Below are positions 38,246 to 52,264 of a DNA stretch of 64,000 nt, piece after piece. Both the position numbers and the translations under genes were made by a program. Where the stretch lies: contig NW_026782366.1 in the NCBI RefSeq assembly GCF_031769215.1, positions 124,001 to 188,000 of the forward strand, given 5' to 3'. Numbering within the stretch: position 1 is the stretch's first letter; each line of letters starts with the position of its first letter. The notes below the pieces were generated by a model, which saw only the letters and a program-made list of their open reading frames with translations, was not told the DNA's origin and did no database searches. This DNA is from Ylistrum balloti (lineage: Eukaryota).

Positions 38246-41200
38246 CAGTTGCAACAGTAAGATATCAACCAAACTCTGCACTACAAAGACAATTCTAATT
38301 AATCACGAACATTTCAAATATGTTTTACTCACCATAAACAATGCTTTAAGAAACTTTTCTCCAACTTTCGTACTTAACTTGTTGGGAAGAGCCAGTCTGA
38401 ATTAATTTTACACATACTCTAAAGGCAATAGTTTAATCCTTTTGAATCTGACATGTATGTCATCGTCAAGCCATTTAAACTTTACTGTGATTTTGGTTGA
38501 TGATGATGCTAAGCTCCCACTAGTCTACATCATCATTAAATTACAACACTTGTCACAATTTCTCTTAAAGCATTCTTGTTGGCTGGGATGGAAACAGAGA
38601 ATCAAGAGATCTGACTGTGGGAGGGAACCTATGGTCAGACAGTTGACCACATACCTTCTCACACTGAGCAGTAAATCAGACACCATGAAAGGCATACAGA
38701 TTACCTCTGTACCATCTAACCATCCTAACCTCATATGATATCCCCAAGAACTGTAACCATTAATTAGGTTAGAATGTCTATCATAAATGTCTCATCAAAA
38801 TATCTAAAAATGCTAGACTGAAATATGTTCAATGACTAAAAATCAAAGCTCTTATAAATGTGCCTGCAATGAGTGTATATATAAAAAAAAAACATCAAAA
38901 TGAGATCGCCTCTATGGACAACAGAAGGCAGCATATATTCACAAGAAACACATGTAATATTTACATTTTTTCATGTGATCAACTTAATTATAGAATATAG
39001 TATTGAAGATATATTTTGAGATGTTTTTTTTCTAGCCCATTATCTTCGTTTTTACTCTGACCAAACTTTACCTTTTTTTAACCCAACATGAAATTTATAA
39101 AAACAGAGAAAGATATTGTCTTTGATTTGAAATTTATGAAAGGGCTATTATTTCCTAATGCTATGTATGTAATATTGCATCTCCAGCCTATGCTAGTGGT
39201 CCCCTTTTAGGATTTGATATCCAGTTATTTTTAATATTCCATTAAGGGAATATAGATGTATTTAGAATATTGTATGTCTCATTTAATTTGTCTTGCCTTA
39301 GAAACAAAACATAGTGAATTTGTATATTTGTTTAATGTACTACATTTTATATGTATTAACATTTTATATGGTTGTTGAAACAGTATATAGTAAGATTATA
39401 AAGTCAGTTTTTAATCATGCTTTATTTACATATATACAATTGTTTGACATCATCAAGGCTCCCTACATATTACAAATATTCAACATTATTTTTATTATCT
39501 CTGCTTAGTTCAAAGTTTTTCAGATTTTCAGACGTCTCAGTATGGAGGTGTAAGTCAAAAGAAACAGAAATACTCATTATCTCTTTGTTTCAGTGGATCA
39601 TATTAATTCAGAGATAAATATTTTTGTCATGTAATGTTTCAAGTGATATGTCCTTCACAGAAGTAATATTACTTGAACGCTTATAACTTACTAATCAAGA
39701 GAGATACAAATTCCCACCTACATGTATTGGGAGGGAAGAGAAACTGCACTAAATAGGAGGGACTTACCATTTCAGTATAAACTAATAATACTTACAGTTC
39801 TTATATACATTTATCTGTACATGTATAGACATTGTTATTCTCTATAGCTTTAACCATATACTGGTGCTAGAAATATTTATCAGATGTCAGCCAAATGTGA
39901 CACAGCTTTTACTTTAAAAAAATATGCGTAAATTTTTACATTTCTACAGTATAGAACATGCTTGTGAGGGATTATCCATGAATATTGATTTTTGTAATTG
40001 TCTGCCAAGATGCTGCTATTGATATGTTCAAATACTCGTGTTTAACTGCAAGCTCACATTGTTAGTTTTACCAATTGTCAGTAAAGGAAAAATACTTTGT
40101 AGTGGGAAGCACCTTAATTTGAATAACAAAAACTGTTACGAAGCAAGTTCCTTCCAGAAGAAACACTAAATGGTGGTCTTTTTTTCGATGCTGAAGAAGA
40201 CATAACTGTCATATTACTGGATAATTTAAGAAAGGCTTACTTTCAGCGTGTGACATGAAGGTAAGGCATATCTTATATCAAAGGATTAGAGATATAACTG
40301 GTTTTAAAGTCATTTTTTTACAGTTATTTCTTTGAATTTCAAACATTAGTTCTCAACACTTTCTTACATTGATATGGAATTACATTTATGATATTCTTTA
40401 ATATTTATTTTCATAAGCTCTATTGTATATTGGTTGTTTTCTTATATTTGCAGAGATGTGATGGATGACAGGATTCCTCAGTTATTGTAAGGTAGGATTT
40501 TGATATACAGATTTTACGCATAGATTTATAATCTGTAAATGATGTACTTAAGAATATTCAGATATCAGCAAAATCTTATCAAAAATATTCAAATCATTTG
40601 TGATAAATTGTTCATAAAATATGTTTTAATTTTCAAACAAATCTCACCTTGCTTTGTTACTTACATGTAAGTCTCTCTTTCAGTACATCTTACGGTAATA
40701 TTGATATATTTTGTACTCCACTAGAAATTTGTTAATATTTTATAATCAGTTCAAATTAGTAAGACCAAACATGGAAAAAAATACAGGTTAGAATAAGAAA
40801 TCTACTGTTTCTTTTTTTTTGCAGATTGTTACTTCTGAAATTGCACACTACATTGGAACATTTTGATGCATTATAAGCTGTCTACCATGATGAGATCCTG
40901 TGTCTTCTTCGTCTTTGGTGGTAGTATTTTAATAAAACATCTGCTTGATTTGTATTATATGAATTTTTTATTTATTTAAAAATTTATTTCAATTTACTTT
41001 GGTGCTTGAACATTTTATGCTATAGTAAGGTATTAAGTTGCTGGTATATACCAAAACTAGCTGATGTCCAAATTCTCAACCAAGGATGTGTAATACATTT
41101 ACATACATGCTATACATCCAGGGCTAAGCCCAGTCTGAGTCACTAAAAACTGGAATGTGGTTAACTGATATTAAAGTCCATCGATATTTAGCTCGGTTAA

Positions 41201-41907
41201 ACCAAACTTCCTTACAATATATTGTAATATACATGGGATTATATACATGTACGGAAGTATATGTATCTATTTTAATTATAATCAAGAAATAAATAAAAGA
41301 TAAATCTAGAGGCAAATTTGGAAAAATATTTGATAAAGTAGAAAATTACAATGGTTATAGAAAATCAATAATTACTTTTACTATAATGATTTATTTTGCA
41401 ATTTTTTTACCCTATATGAAATGAATTATACATTACTTAATTTTTGTTATACAGACCAGGTAGGCTATTATTTCTAAACTTTTTATAAAAAAACTGACTC
41501 AAGTTGATTATAGCCACCTAATGTTTTTATCCAAATTTATTAGAACTGCCAAACTGCCTTAGTGTTTACTAATCTTTTTTGATGTTTGGTTCATTGAAGT
41601 AGCTGCCAAATATAGCATGACTGCCATTACGATATAATTGTGTTCCTAGAAATTGTTATTTTTTTCTCTGCCCATGGTTTGAGGAAAAGAAAAAAATGCA
41701 TATTATGGGGAAAAGTGTGAGTGAGATTTTACCTCAAACCAGTTTTATATTATAACCAGTTTTGTTTATTAAACCCAAGAAAAATTGCCCGAAAGGTATA
41801 CAAAATGGAAACACTAGATCAGTATCTCCAGGGTGGAGATGAAGTTTTAATGAAAATGCAAAATGCTTGAGTTGAGTGTTAGTCATGGTATTTTGAAAAC
41901 ATATGAT

Positions 41908-42427
41908 AGTCCCAGAGACAAGACTGTAAACATTTTAATCGTATGGCTGACAAATGCTGTAGTATCATCATTTAGTCCCAGAGACAAGACTGTAAACATT
42001 TTAATATTATGGCTGACAAATGCTGTAGTATCATCATTTAGTCCCAGAGACAAGACTGTAAACATTTTAATATTATGGCTGACAAATGCAGTATCATCAA
42101 TCCCAGAGACAAGACTGTAAACATTTTAATATTATGGCTGACAAATGCTGTAGTATCATCATTTAGTCCCAGAGACAAGACTGTAAACATTTTAATATTA
42201 TGGCTGACAAATGCTGTAGTATCATCATTTAGTCCCAGAGACAAGACTGTAAACATTTTAATATTATGGCTGACAAATGCTGTAGTATCATCATTTAGTC
42301 CCAGAGACAAGACTGTAAACATTTTAATATTATGGCTGACAAATGCTGTAGTATCATCATTTAGTCCCAGAGACAAGACTGTAAACATTTTAATATTATG
42401 GCTGACAAATGCTGTAGTATCATCATT
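41908..42427. repeat. 66-bp minisatellite (AGTCCCAGAGACAAGACTGTAAACATTTTAATATTATGGCTGACAAATGCTGTAGTATCATCATTT), about 8 copies
   Basis: 66-bp period (42167, 42233). One unit near 42090-42100 has small deletions that shift the periodic ORFs. Confidence 0.95.
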
Positions 42428-45260
42428 ATCCATTGTTTATCCATTGTTAATAGTGCCTATTAATATAGACATTTATACAGACAACATTAGTTCATGAGAG
42501 AGGTTATTAGTTCATTAGAGCTGTTATTATTACTAACCATTGTATAAATATTAACAACAGCATAATGTTATATATTCAATGCAATATATTTATAAGAACA
42601 TGTTTAAGTTTATTTGCATGTTTTGATGTAACATAAATACCAGTCCTTTCTTCCAAAGAACCTGAACACATCATATACACATTTTGTATTTACATTTTTA
42701 TCTATTAAGTGTATGTGATTGTATGTTCCCAACTCTTCTGCATTAAGCAGAAGAAAAAATGACCTACAGCATGCTGACTATTTGAATAATTCTTTTCATT
42801 AATTTAAATAGATGTGCTATGTCCTTGTGTGCTACAAACATACACAATACCTTTTTCCATGAAAACGAAGAAATTCACTTTTTTCACGGTCATTTCTCGT
42901 GCAGTCGAGGTGGATCCTCCTTTCTAACTGGTACTTTGGTATATTTTATGTAAATATCAGGTCCCTTTTTTCTCAGATCTTTGAATTCTATTCATTATGA
43001 ACCTACATTGTTAAGATACCAAAGTTACTTTTAAATCAAATTAATCACTTTGTGCACATAATACATATTACCATATAATATATAGTAAGTGTTGTATCGT
43101 TGTGTCTAGTGTAGGGTATGCTATACTATAAATATTCAAACTTTTTAGCTTCACTAAGTATATTTTACTCATAGTTGTGATATTTATTATGGTTATTTAT
43201 TTGGATTTGTTATTGTCTTTTATGTACTTGCCTGTTATAATGCCCCATTGATTCCTATATAGAGTTCTACATAATATTTACCTTTATGTTGATTTTTTAT
43301 GGATTTACCTTTTCACTTGAGTTGCTTGATTGTTGTGACAAGTGCTGACTTTTTATTTAGTATTTCTTTAATCTTTGAGTTAAGTTGAAACAAAGTTTGC
43401 AAATTTGATGTTAGTGTTTTATGATAAATCCAGAAAATTACTCCAGTTACCATTTGTTTACAAGTTTTCATACATCATAAAACATTGTAAAACAGTGTGT
43501 GTATTTGTGATGTATTTCATACAAAAAATCCTGCCTTTGAAGCCAATATATACAGTTTTTATAATATAATAATTATTATTTTGATGTGGTTAACTTCCCA
43601 TTCTAGAATATTCTCTGTACAGGAGAACATTTTTAAGTATTTATCCAAAATGCACTGTTGATAGTCTGGCAAACTAAAACGTAGCACATATCCAGTTTTC
43701 ATTTTTTTTTATTTGTTTTGTTTTTTTTGTTTTTTTTTTGCGGGGAGGAGGGTGCTTTTTGCTTGAGATTTTTAACCTGAGTACAGTACTCTGGTATATT
43801 GTTTTTGCTGTAATACTCGAACGTTTTATTTTACCTTTTATAGTGCTTTGTGTTGTGTGCCAAGTATTTTTATTTGATATTGAGTATGTTAAATCCGTTC
43901 ATCGTCCTGTATTTCTTATTTTATAATTTATTTTTATTTTATTATTAACTTATTTAGATATTGAAGTGTGTTCATTATTGTATTAAGATTCGAAAATAAC
44001 TGTCTACTGCTGATTCTATTCATTCTATTATTATTTACACAAACTGTGAGCAGTCATGATAGATGCGTCACATTTCAGATTCCTGTACTTTAATTTTTCT
44101 TGCCGATATTGTTATTATATAATTGAACTTTAAATTAACTTAATGCTATGGCATGTTGTAATCCAAGATATTTTTTGCTTTTAAATCTAGTACCGGAAAA
44201 ACCTTTAAAATGGTAGTGATTCAGAACAAAACGCTAAATGCAGTTTGGGTCGAACGCTATGTTATACTGGGTACTGCATAATATTTACTGTTGTGTATAG
44301 TGTATCTTGTATATTAATTTGATATTGAAACGTAAATAACGAAGGAAGGCATTTTTTTGACAAAATACGCTTCCTTTCTCATTTTGATTGGTAGAAGCAG
44401 CATTGTGTTTTCAATACACATTTTACGTTGTATTTGTGGTAATATTTGGTGTCATAGGAACAGCAGTCTGATATTTGGATGTTAATTGATAAATATCATT
44501 GTTTACAATTTGCAGCCATGATCAGTACAGTGAACGACATTTTTTAGTGCAAAGATATAGTTATCATCAAGAGACTTGTCCCATCGACGATAGAGAAGGC
44601 AATGCACTCACTGTTTATTGGTATTGTGATCTCGTTGACCTTCATCTGAGAGGTAAAGTTGCTAGGACTTTAGATATATATTATCACAACTGTTTCTGTT
44701 CATGAAGCAGATGACGCATACTCTTCTAAAATCTTTAATTTGTTGGAGGGGTGGCTGTTGCTATTGACGTTGAGTTGCACATTTGTTTCCCATTTTATTA
44801 AAGTCTTACTTTAATATGTATGAACGTAATTACAATGCCTTATGCCTTATTGAACATTTTTTTCCTTCGGTCATTGACTTTAATTGATAAAATAGTGACA
44901 CAAAAGTGCCTTTCACCAGGAGTTTTGTATTAAGAGCGACACTTGTAACAAACTTTTCCGATCGTGATTTTGAAGGAGAATTAGTCTGCAGATACATATT
45001 TTAAACTGGAAAAGAGTGAATTATGACAAAAAATACGTGAAATTCGAATTGGATTTATTAATAGTGTTTGAAGTTGTGTAACGGGAAATATATCGCTGTA
45101 TTTACGAAAATATTACGTGAGAATTTTAAATACCTCAACTTTAACACTTAACTCTGAAGACATTAAAGAGACATATATTTGATGTATAGTCCATTTGTGT
45201 ACAGATCAAGTATGTTCAGATGAAATATATATTTTTGATGCCTTAGCTTCTTCACTGATC

Positions 45261-48200
45261 TTAAATATTATTGTATCGACGTTTTGTATTATATGCACTC
45301 AGATATAATTTAGCTGCTATAGTTAAACATTTTCGTTCTAATTCGCTTCTTGAATGATATAACTTCAGTGTTGATGACGAGCGGTTTTTTATGCAAATTA
45401 TCCACATAGCCGCACAGTGCTTGACATAATGCACAACTCCTTTGTCGTCTGGTAGTGTATACCTGGAGAACAAAAAAAAGTATTTCACCAAAGTCATGAT
45501 ATCAAATATCTACTTTAGTTCAACCATTACCCTAATCTACGCTCTACACTCTGCTACTTAAAAGTGTAGTTTACACAAAGTTAGCGCAGATATTGTTTTA
45601 AACAGATAGCAAGTGTGTATCTTGTGATGAGCACGGAGATCCTTGAAAATGCGCCGTCAAAATATGACCTAATGTTCCATAAGAGTAAGTCTCTTCTGCC
45701 GAATTGACCTCGCCTGTCATATAAATCTAGGTCAGTTTAGATAATATAACGTTCTCAAATTGAGAGCAGGCATAGTAAAAACGAATATTTTATTTTGAGA
45801 CACAGGAATAAGCATCGAACACTTCGTACTGAATACATCGCACAAAATATTTTCTGACGAGATTATGACAACAACCATCAACCTTTTCCCCAGCATCGTT
45901 TACCTTTATCTTTCGTCATTTGGAACAATCAGATATCAGATCAGCTGACACATGTTAAGCTGATGGTTGTAAACTATTTACACGAAAGGGCAATGAAAAC
46001 AACAAAGCGTATAAGAAAGCTCATTGGTTCGGTAATCCTGTTGGTGACGTTGTTACTAAAAGTTGTAAGAAGACTGACACGTGAATAACTCTAATCAAAT
46101 CAAATTTAAATTAAGTTGCAGTAGAGCCAAATATTGAATTAAAGTACACCATGCAGCTGTTTCGTCTTTCTAGGATTCACCACTGATGATACAGCCTAAA
46201 TATTTGAAACATAGGAGACGAATTAGAAAAATCAAATTTGGTCGAAAGAAGTGTAAAACACCAGATGTGAAGGTGTACTGACCCCAAAATTTGGTAAAAT
46301 TCATAACTTGCAATACTGAGTGATTTCAAAATTATTTCAAATGCATGTGTATATTCTGACCTGTACCACGATCGAAATCAATTTTAAAAGTTTGCAGGTT
46401 ACGCCAAACGTCAGGAATTAAAGTCACCAGCAGTGCGTACTTGTACAAGCGAGGAAGTTAATTTTGTACTCGATTTATCTCTTTTTAAGTGAAAATGACG
46501 TCACTTTTCGTAATATTTGGTAAGTCTCCACGTTCAAAACAAAATCTTAAATGCATTAAACCCGTCTATAGGGATATAAAGTAGAAATCTACTAACATGA
46601 TAACATGACAAACTTCTCACGTTAAATTGCACTTATCTAAGAAATTTTTTTTTGCCCTTACACAACGTAATTTTTCTGTGGTATGATCATGTCGCTGCTA
46701 GTGGTAAGCACACGTCCAGGAATGTGGATGATACTATACTTGATGTTGTCACTGTCGTTTTTGCCTTGTGGATTCGCCTGATAATTTGTGCTTTGTACCC
46801 GTTTCATTTTGACCCCCGCCGCGTCTGGGTAGTTCTTCTCAAATGTATCCTGCAATGAACATTTTATAAATTATGTAATTTTCTTAGATTTCGGAAGAGG
46901 CCACTGACAAGTAAACGTCACTTAAGTATTAAAATAAGTTATTTTAAAAGTGATCTTGACAGTCATTGTGTGTGCTTTTCAGAGGAAATAGTATTGGGTA
47001 AAAATCAGAACTAGCCCTTCAGAAGAAGCGATATAAGTTTATGTTTGACTATATCCTGTTCCTTTAGCTAGGCCAAAAAGACCCTAAACATCTGCACTTT
47101 ACCAATAATTACCAAGATATTCTCGATCTTGATTGTCAATTTACCTCTAGAAAATAAAACATCATTTTCCATTCTTGTGGTAAGATGAACTCATTTACAT
47201 CTATATTGGCTGCATATCCAAAGCCACGCAGGTATTCCATACAATGGAACAGAGCCACGCGCTTGTCCTGGTCTAACTGATAACGGACAGAATCGTTAGT
47301 CGTCGTGAAGAAACTACGATCGACGTCATCTGCAACATAGAAAAACAACATAATTTATACTTGTCAATCTCTTGAAGCAATCTTGTTTAAAGAGAATCAA
47401 AAGCTTATATGTCTGAATATTTTCATACAAGTCAATATATTTAATGAAGAAACAGAGTGATGTATAGTATGTCTATATTTATAAAAATAATCACTTATAT
47501 AGGGGTTTCCGAGATTTCGATGACGCGTCGCTATTGTTACGCAGTTTGATTTAGTTGTTATGACACCGCCAAATAATGTCATCGAAAGTTTGTAATGTTT
47601 CGTATCGGTCTCATGATTTAAAGAAATGAAAAAAAAAACTTTTATTTGAATAAAAGTGTCTTGTTCAGGATGAAAAGACAACCTTTGTGAGAAGCTGACT
47701 AAACACATGAAATGTCTTGTAACATTCAGGTAATCTGCAAAGTCAGTAAATGTTTAAAATACAGTTTGACGTACCGTGTGATCTGCCGGGTAACGGGAAA
47801 GGGAATTCCTGAATATCCAGAAATCCATTTCTCATATAGTAACTTAACACTGTCATAACTTGTGCATCTGGAAGCTGAAGTACCAAGTATATGTTTTCTA
47901 CTCCTGTAGATTTATAATACTCGAGCCATTCGATTAATTGCATAGGACTGACATCTTGTGTTACCACGGAATAGATAACAAATCTGTTGGGTGTTCTTTG
48001 CTTTGGGGGATAGATAACATTTGTAAACTGTTCAGTCATTGCACATTTCTTAGAAGCTGGTATCATAGCAACGGAAATCAATAGTTTTTGAATAGACGAT
48101 AAGGAACATCTGTATTGTCGAGCAGATATAAGGTTTTCTTTGTATTCACCATTTAGTGGTTTTGCAAAAACTTGAATTAGCTGCTCTTTAGAAATCAAAA

Positions 48201-48333
48201 TACAACATTTGTAGCTTTTGTCCTTTGACCCATCCCAGACATTTAAGGTTATTTGGCTTTCATCTTCAATGTGTACCACTGCAGAAAACACAGAAAGTAA
48301 GGTCGAATCTTGTAACCTGCTGTGATTGTGCTT
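45261..48333 (-). CDS. Glycosyltransferase family 92 (DUF23, GALT-1-like) protein; 4 downstream exons, first exon unresolved
   Basis: Exons 48333-47775, 47329-47145, 46849-46662, 45462-45261; GT-AG and phase-compatible (377 aa from Lys). Motifs QLIEWLEYYKSTGVENIY, VLSYYMRNGFLDI..F, Q..ALFHCM...YAANIDVNEFILP and VVHY..HC are typical of GT92. Confidence 0.8.
46147..46188 (-). ncRNA. Degenerate minimal type-I hammerhead ribozyme, copy B
   Basis: Minus strand reads CATCA-GTGGTGA-ATC-CTAGAAA-GAC-GAAA-CAGCTG-CA-TGGTG. Stem I (CAUCA/UGGUG), GAAA and palindromic stem III are present; the core and cleavage triplet are mutated. Confidence 0.55.
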
Positions 48334-51300
48334 CTGAAATGAAATGGGGGTAAAGATATACATAATGTATCACGCAGATAATACAAAAATGCAGATAATG
48401 AATTTCCCGACTCATAAATTGTATTACATTGATATATCACTTAAGCGATTACAGAGGTGTGTGCATGTCTGTCGATCTATCAAGCGAAAATAATTATTCT
48501 GTATTTAAAATCGTGTTCAATCTAGATTCTGATTTAATTCATTTGAGAATATTGGATGATGACCCGCTTCAGTGACAGTAGATTATAGCAATTACATTTG
48601 ATAAAGTGACAGAATCATCATGAGTCCATGCGCATATGCTTAGCTGACAACATCCAAAACGGTCGCCATCTGGCGATTGTTTTTTTCTTTTTTTTTCACA
48701 ATAAGGAGCTAAGAATATCTTCCCAGTACCTCTCAAGAAATAAAAGATTTGAACAGTCAGCCTTCTTTCTTAAAACTATATTCAATATAAACACTTACCC
48801 ATACTGGTTTAAAGTACTCGAAATGTATTAAAAATGTGCAAATCATTATACCAAAAGTTGTGCTCACCAATGAACACACTTTCAAGGAAATTGGCATGCG
48901 CACGTGACAGGAACTGTAAACCATGTCCCTGTAACAGAGATAGAAATTATGTTAAATATATCACATTAGCTTCTCCATAACAATGTTGTAAGTTATAACA
49001 TTTGGGTTGGGAAATAGCAGATCCACATTATTTTTAGAATTGTCAGTGTGAACTATAAAACTCATTGAAGTAGGTTTTAAAGAATAACTGTTTGTATCTA
49101 TTTAGAGAATTCATTGTCCCGTTTAAAAAATCTGTTCATCAGTGACGCTTTTTAAGTAATAATGCTTCAGGTAATTTATATTTGTTCTGGATTGAATTTG
49201 ACTACATTGTCATTATCAAGCTATCATTCAACCATAAACACAACAATACAAGTTTACGTCACCCATTGTGAAGTGTACATTAACGGTAAACCAACATATT
49301 TTATTTTGTAAAGCATATAAACATTTGATTATAAAATATGTTCTTGACTGAAGATTTCATCTTACGTCAGACTTTATCAAGAGGAAAGGAAATGAGACTA
49401 TTAAAACAATCATTATGTACAGAATTTAATGATACAATGCTGAAGTGACGTTTCTTTAAATCAAATAATAACACTCTATAATAAGGAAGATATAAAGAGA
49501 CAAACTGCATCGTCAAAATCCCATGAAAATATCACACCAATACGTACCGTTAGAATAGTGACAATGTCGATGAAGGGTTGACTTTACATGGTATGTAAAA
49601 CGGACACTACACAGCCGAATAGAGTCCAAACACTCAAATGACCGTGTTCTACCCATACCTTGAATGTTATCAGTCACCATTGTTGTTTTATCTGCCGGCA
49701 CGACGATAGTTCAAAAGGTGCTTTAAGGTCATAGTTCATCCAATTAAAATAATCGATCAATTGAAAAGTTGTCTCTATGTTTATATATATACCTTTAATC
49801 AAAGGTAATATTAGTGAAAAAAGTTATGCCCTGCGTAGAATCAAAGTCATTGAATTAACTTCTACTGCCACGGGTTAATTCATTAGAACAGTGGCTTTGT
49901 TCGGAATATACACATGTACTTGAGGTAATTTTAAAATCATCCGATATATGAGATATGCTAAATTTATTGTAAAGAGAAGGTATCTAGTTGATTTTATTGG
50001 GATGGAGTTTATTTGATTGTATGATTCTTTTTGTTTTATTCACAACTGTATATAAGAGAACTAAATAGCGAATTAAACTTTGGTAACAATGGCTACAACT
50101 TATCATTTTAAAGGTCAGGAAATATATCAATTAACAGCATGGACTAAGCTATATATCTAAATCTGTGCTGGCTTTTACACGAATCGTCTGCTATCTAAGA
50201 GAAATAAGAGTTACCTTGTGTATATTAAGTCAGTTGTAACTTATCTATTGCGCAGTTTAAACTTCAGGCAACACATTATTTTAATTGAAACTTCTTTTTA
50301 GCAACACTTAAACCTTGTTTTTTATCAATAATGTCAAGCTCTCGTATTGTATGTAACAATGTAAACTAGCATTTACGATCCAAAGCAATTCAGTTCAATG
50401 GTTACATAACAATTACACATGGTTACACAGCTTTAAGATTCGAGTAATTTAATTTCATCAAAGTTCTTTTGTTTTGAAACATACATGAAAAAGTTAATAT
50501 TTAAAGAAAGTTTGTTTATTGATGTATTTACTTTTCTGTGTAGTAGTGATAAGTGTGTATAACGAGTATCTTACGGTGTATAGAAAGTGGGTGTCTATTC
50601 AACCTGTCTCAGACATATACATAGGGAATACCAGTACTTTTCTAAAAACGGAAATCAACCATGAAATGTCTTCTCGCTAGATACACCTCCCTCTTTGAAG
50701 AATTCATCTCTATATAAAAATCACTCAGACGTGGCCTTTTGACAATGTTGTATAGCAGAGAAGTATCAACCCAGAACTTAATGAAAAACATCCATGTAAA
50801 GACGGGCAACGGGTGCATAGAATTTTACGGAACGACATTTTGATACTTAAAAGTGCTTTCATGTTCAAGAAACAAGAGAGAAGTAAAAAAATATATATAA
50901 AACACGACGTCAACTTACAATAACCACTTTTGTTTTTTACGGATGGATGTGAGTCTTAATTAGAAGAACAGCTTATGCTATTTCATGGTAAAAGGCAAAT
51001 GAGCATTGCACTTGGCCACCAGACAACTCGACAGGCAAAATCCTTTGAGAATTTTTAACCACATTTTACGTTTGTATTAAGCCTGATAATATGTGTTTAA
51101 ATTCAACCAGTTTACATAATATATCAATATTTGGCAACGTTACATTATATATTCATCTTAAGCAACTGCTAGGTTTCTTTTATATACAGGTCTATCCTGG
51201 TTATATCATGGATACAGATTCTTTGAAGCTACACTAGATTAACCAGATTTTACATTCAGATTTCACCAGATCTCGTTATGACTTAACCTGACTATAATAC

Positions 51301-52264
51301 ACTTAATTCATTTCTGACAGGCTGTAAGATTTTAAATGAGCATAATTCAGACGAGAGTGCATTCAGTATTAATTAACAGTCGACGAACAACCTTACATAA
51401 GAATATCAATGACAAGCTTAGTGACATGCATTAACATATATTTCCATTAAAATGAGCTCTTGACGAAGAGACCACGAGAGATAGTGATGGTAATTGCATG
51501 AGATGAATATCATTACAGAATCCTTTCTCAACATTTCAAAACTGATTACATTCCTGATTGAGTATTACAGAATTTTCAATTGACTTTAGAAACACAAACT
51601 GAATCGTATTCTGATTCAATTATTCAATCAGAATTATGATTCGAAGCTACTTATCTTTTCCCATATTTTTATCACGAAACAACCTGAAACTTAGAATATT
51701 GATAATCAGTGCACTATGTAACTCTAGGCCTTACTTTGAAGGTAAGCTTCGATAAGTATGAAAATAACTCCCATTGACTGACAAGTTTTATGAACCAACG
51801 ATGTGATATAAATCTAATCATTATTTTTTAGGTGTTTTAGATTTTTACTATTTCGAGAATAGAAAAATCGCGTAAGGAAGATAACAGTGAATTTCAAATT
51901 TTCAAAATATTTATTTAACTGGGAAAATTTTAACCATTGAAAAAAAACTTTACAATAAGGTTTCATTTTGTTTGAAAAGGTTTGTTCTAATCAAGATATA
52001 CGAAAGGCAATGATAACTCGTAAATGATGAATAAGATCATATGTGATTGATCTTAAGATTTTTCCTGATATCGGAAGTGGAGTGCAAAACTGGTTAAACA
52101 AAATCAGGTACTAAACAAGATGATGAACCTACGAATCGAACATTAGGAGGTCTTGAATATAGATCTAGGTCACCAAATACACAGATGCATTGACCCGTGA
52201 CAGCGTGCTACTGAACATCGAGATATCTACCTTTTCACTACTCAGTTCTACCTTAGTTGTCAAC

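Noticed and set aside
1-42497. Regularly spaced repeats at 1-372, 703-1680, 2925-3918, 36.5-37.9 kb and 41.9-42.4 kb as CRISPR arrays or repeat-protein genes
   Set aside because: Units are head-to-tail with no unique spacers, there are no cas genes, and the context is eukaryotic. The long ORFs arise where unit lengths (36, 66) are multiples of 3, and they lack splice or start context.
48645-48675. 13-bp hairpin AAAACGGTCGCCA-TC-TGGCGATTGTTTT as a terminator or regulatory RNA
   Set aside because: It resembles the AAGATGGC...GCCATCTT-type palindromes inside the local HINE-like repeats, and intrinsic terminators are not relevant here.
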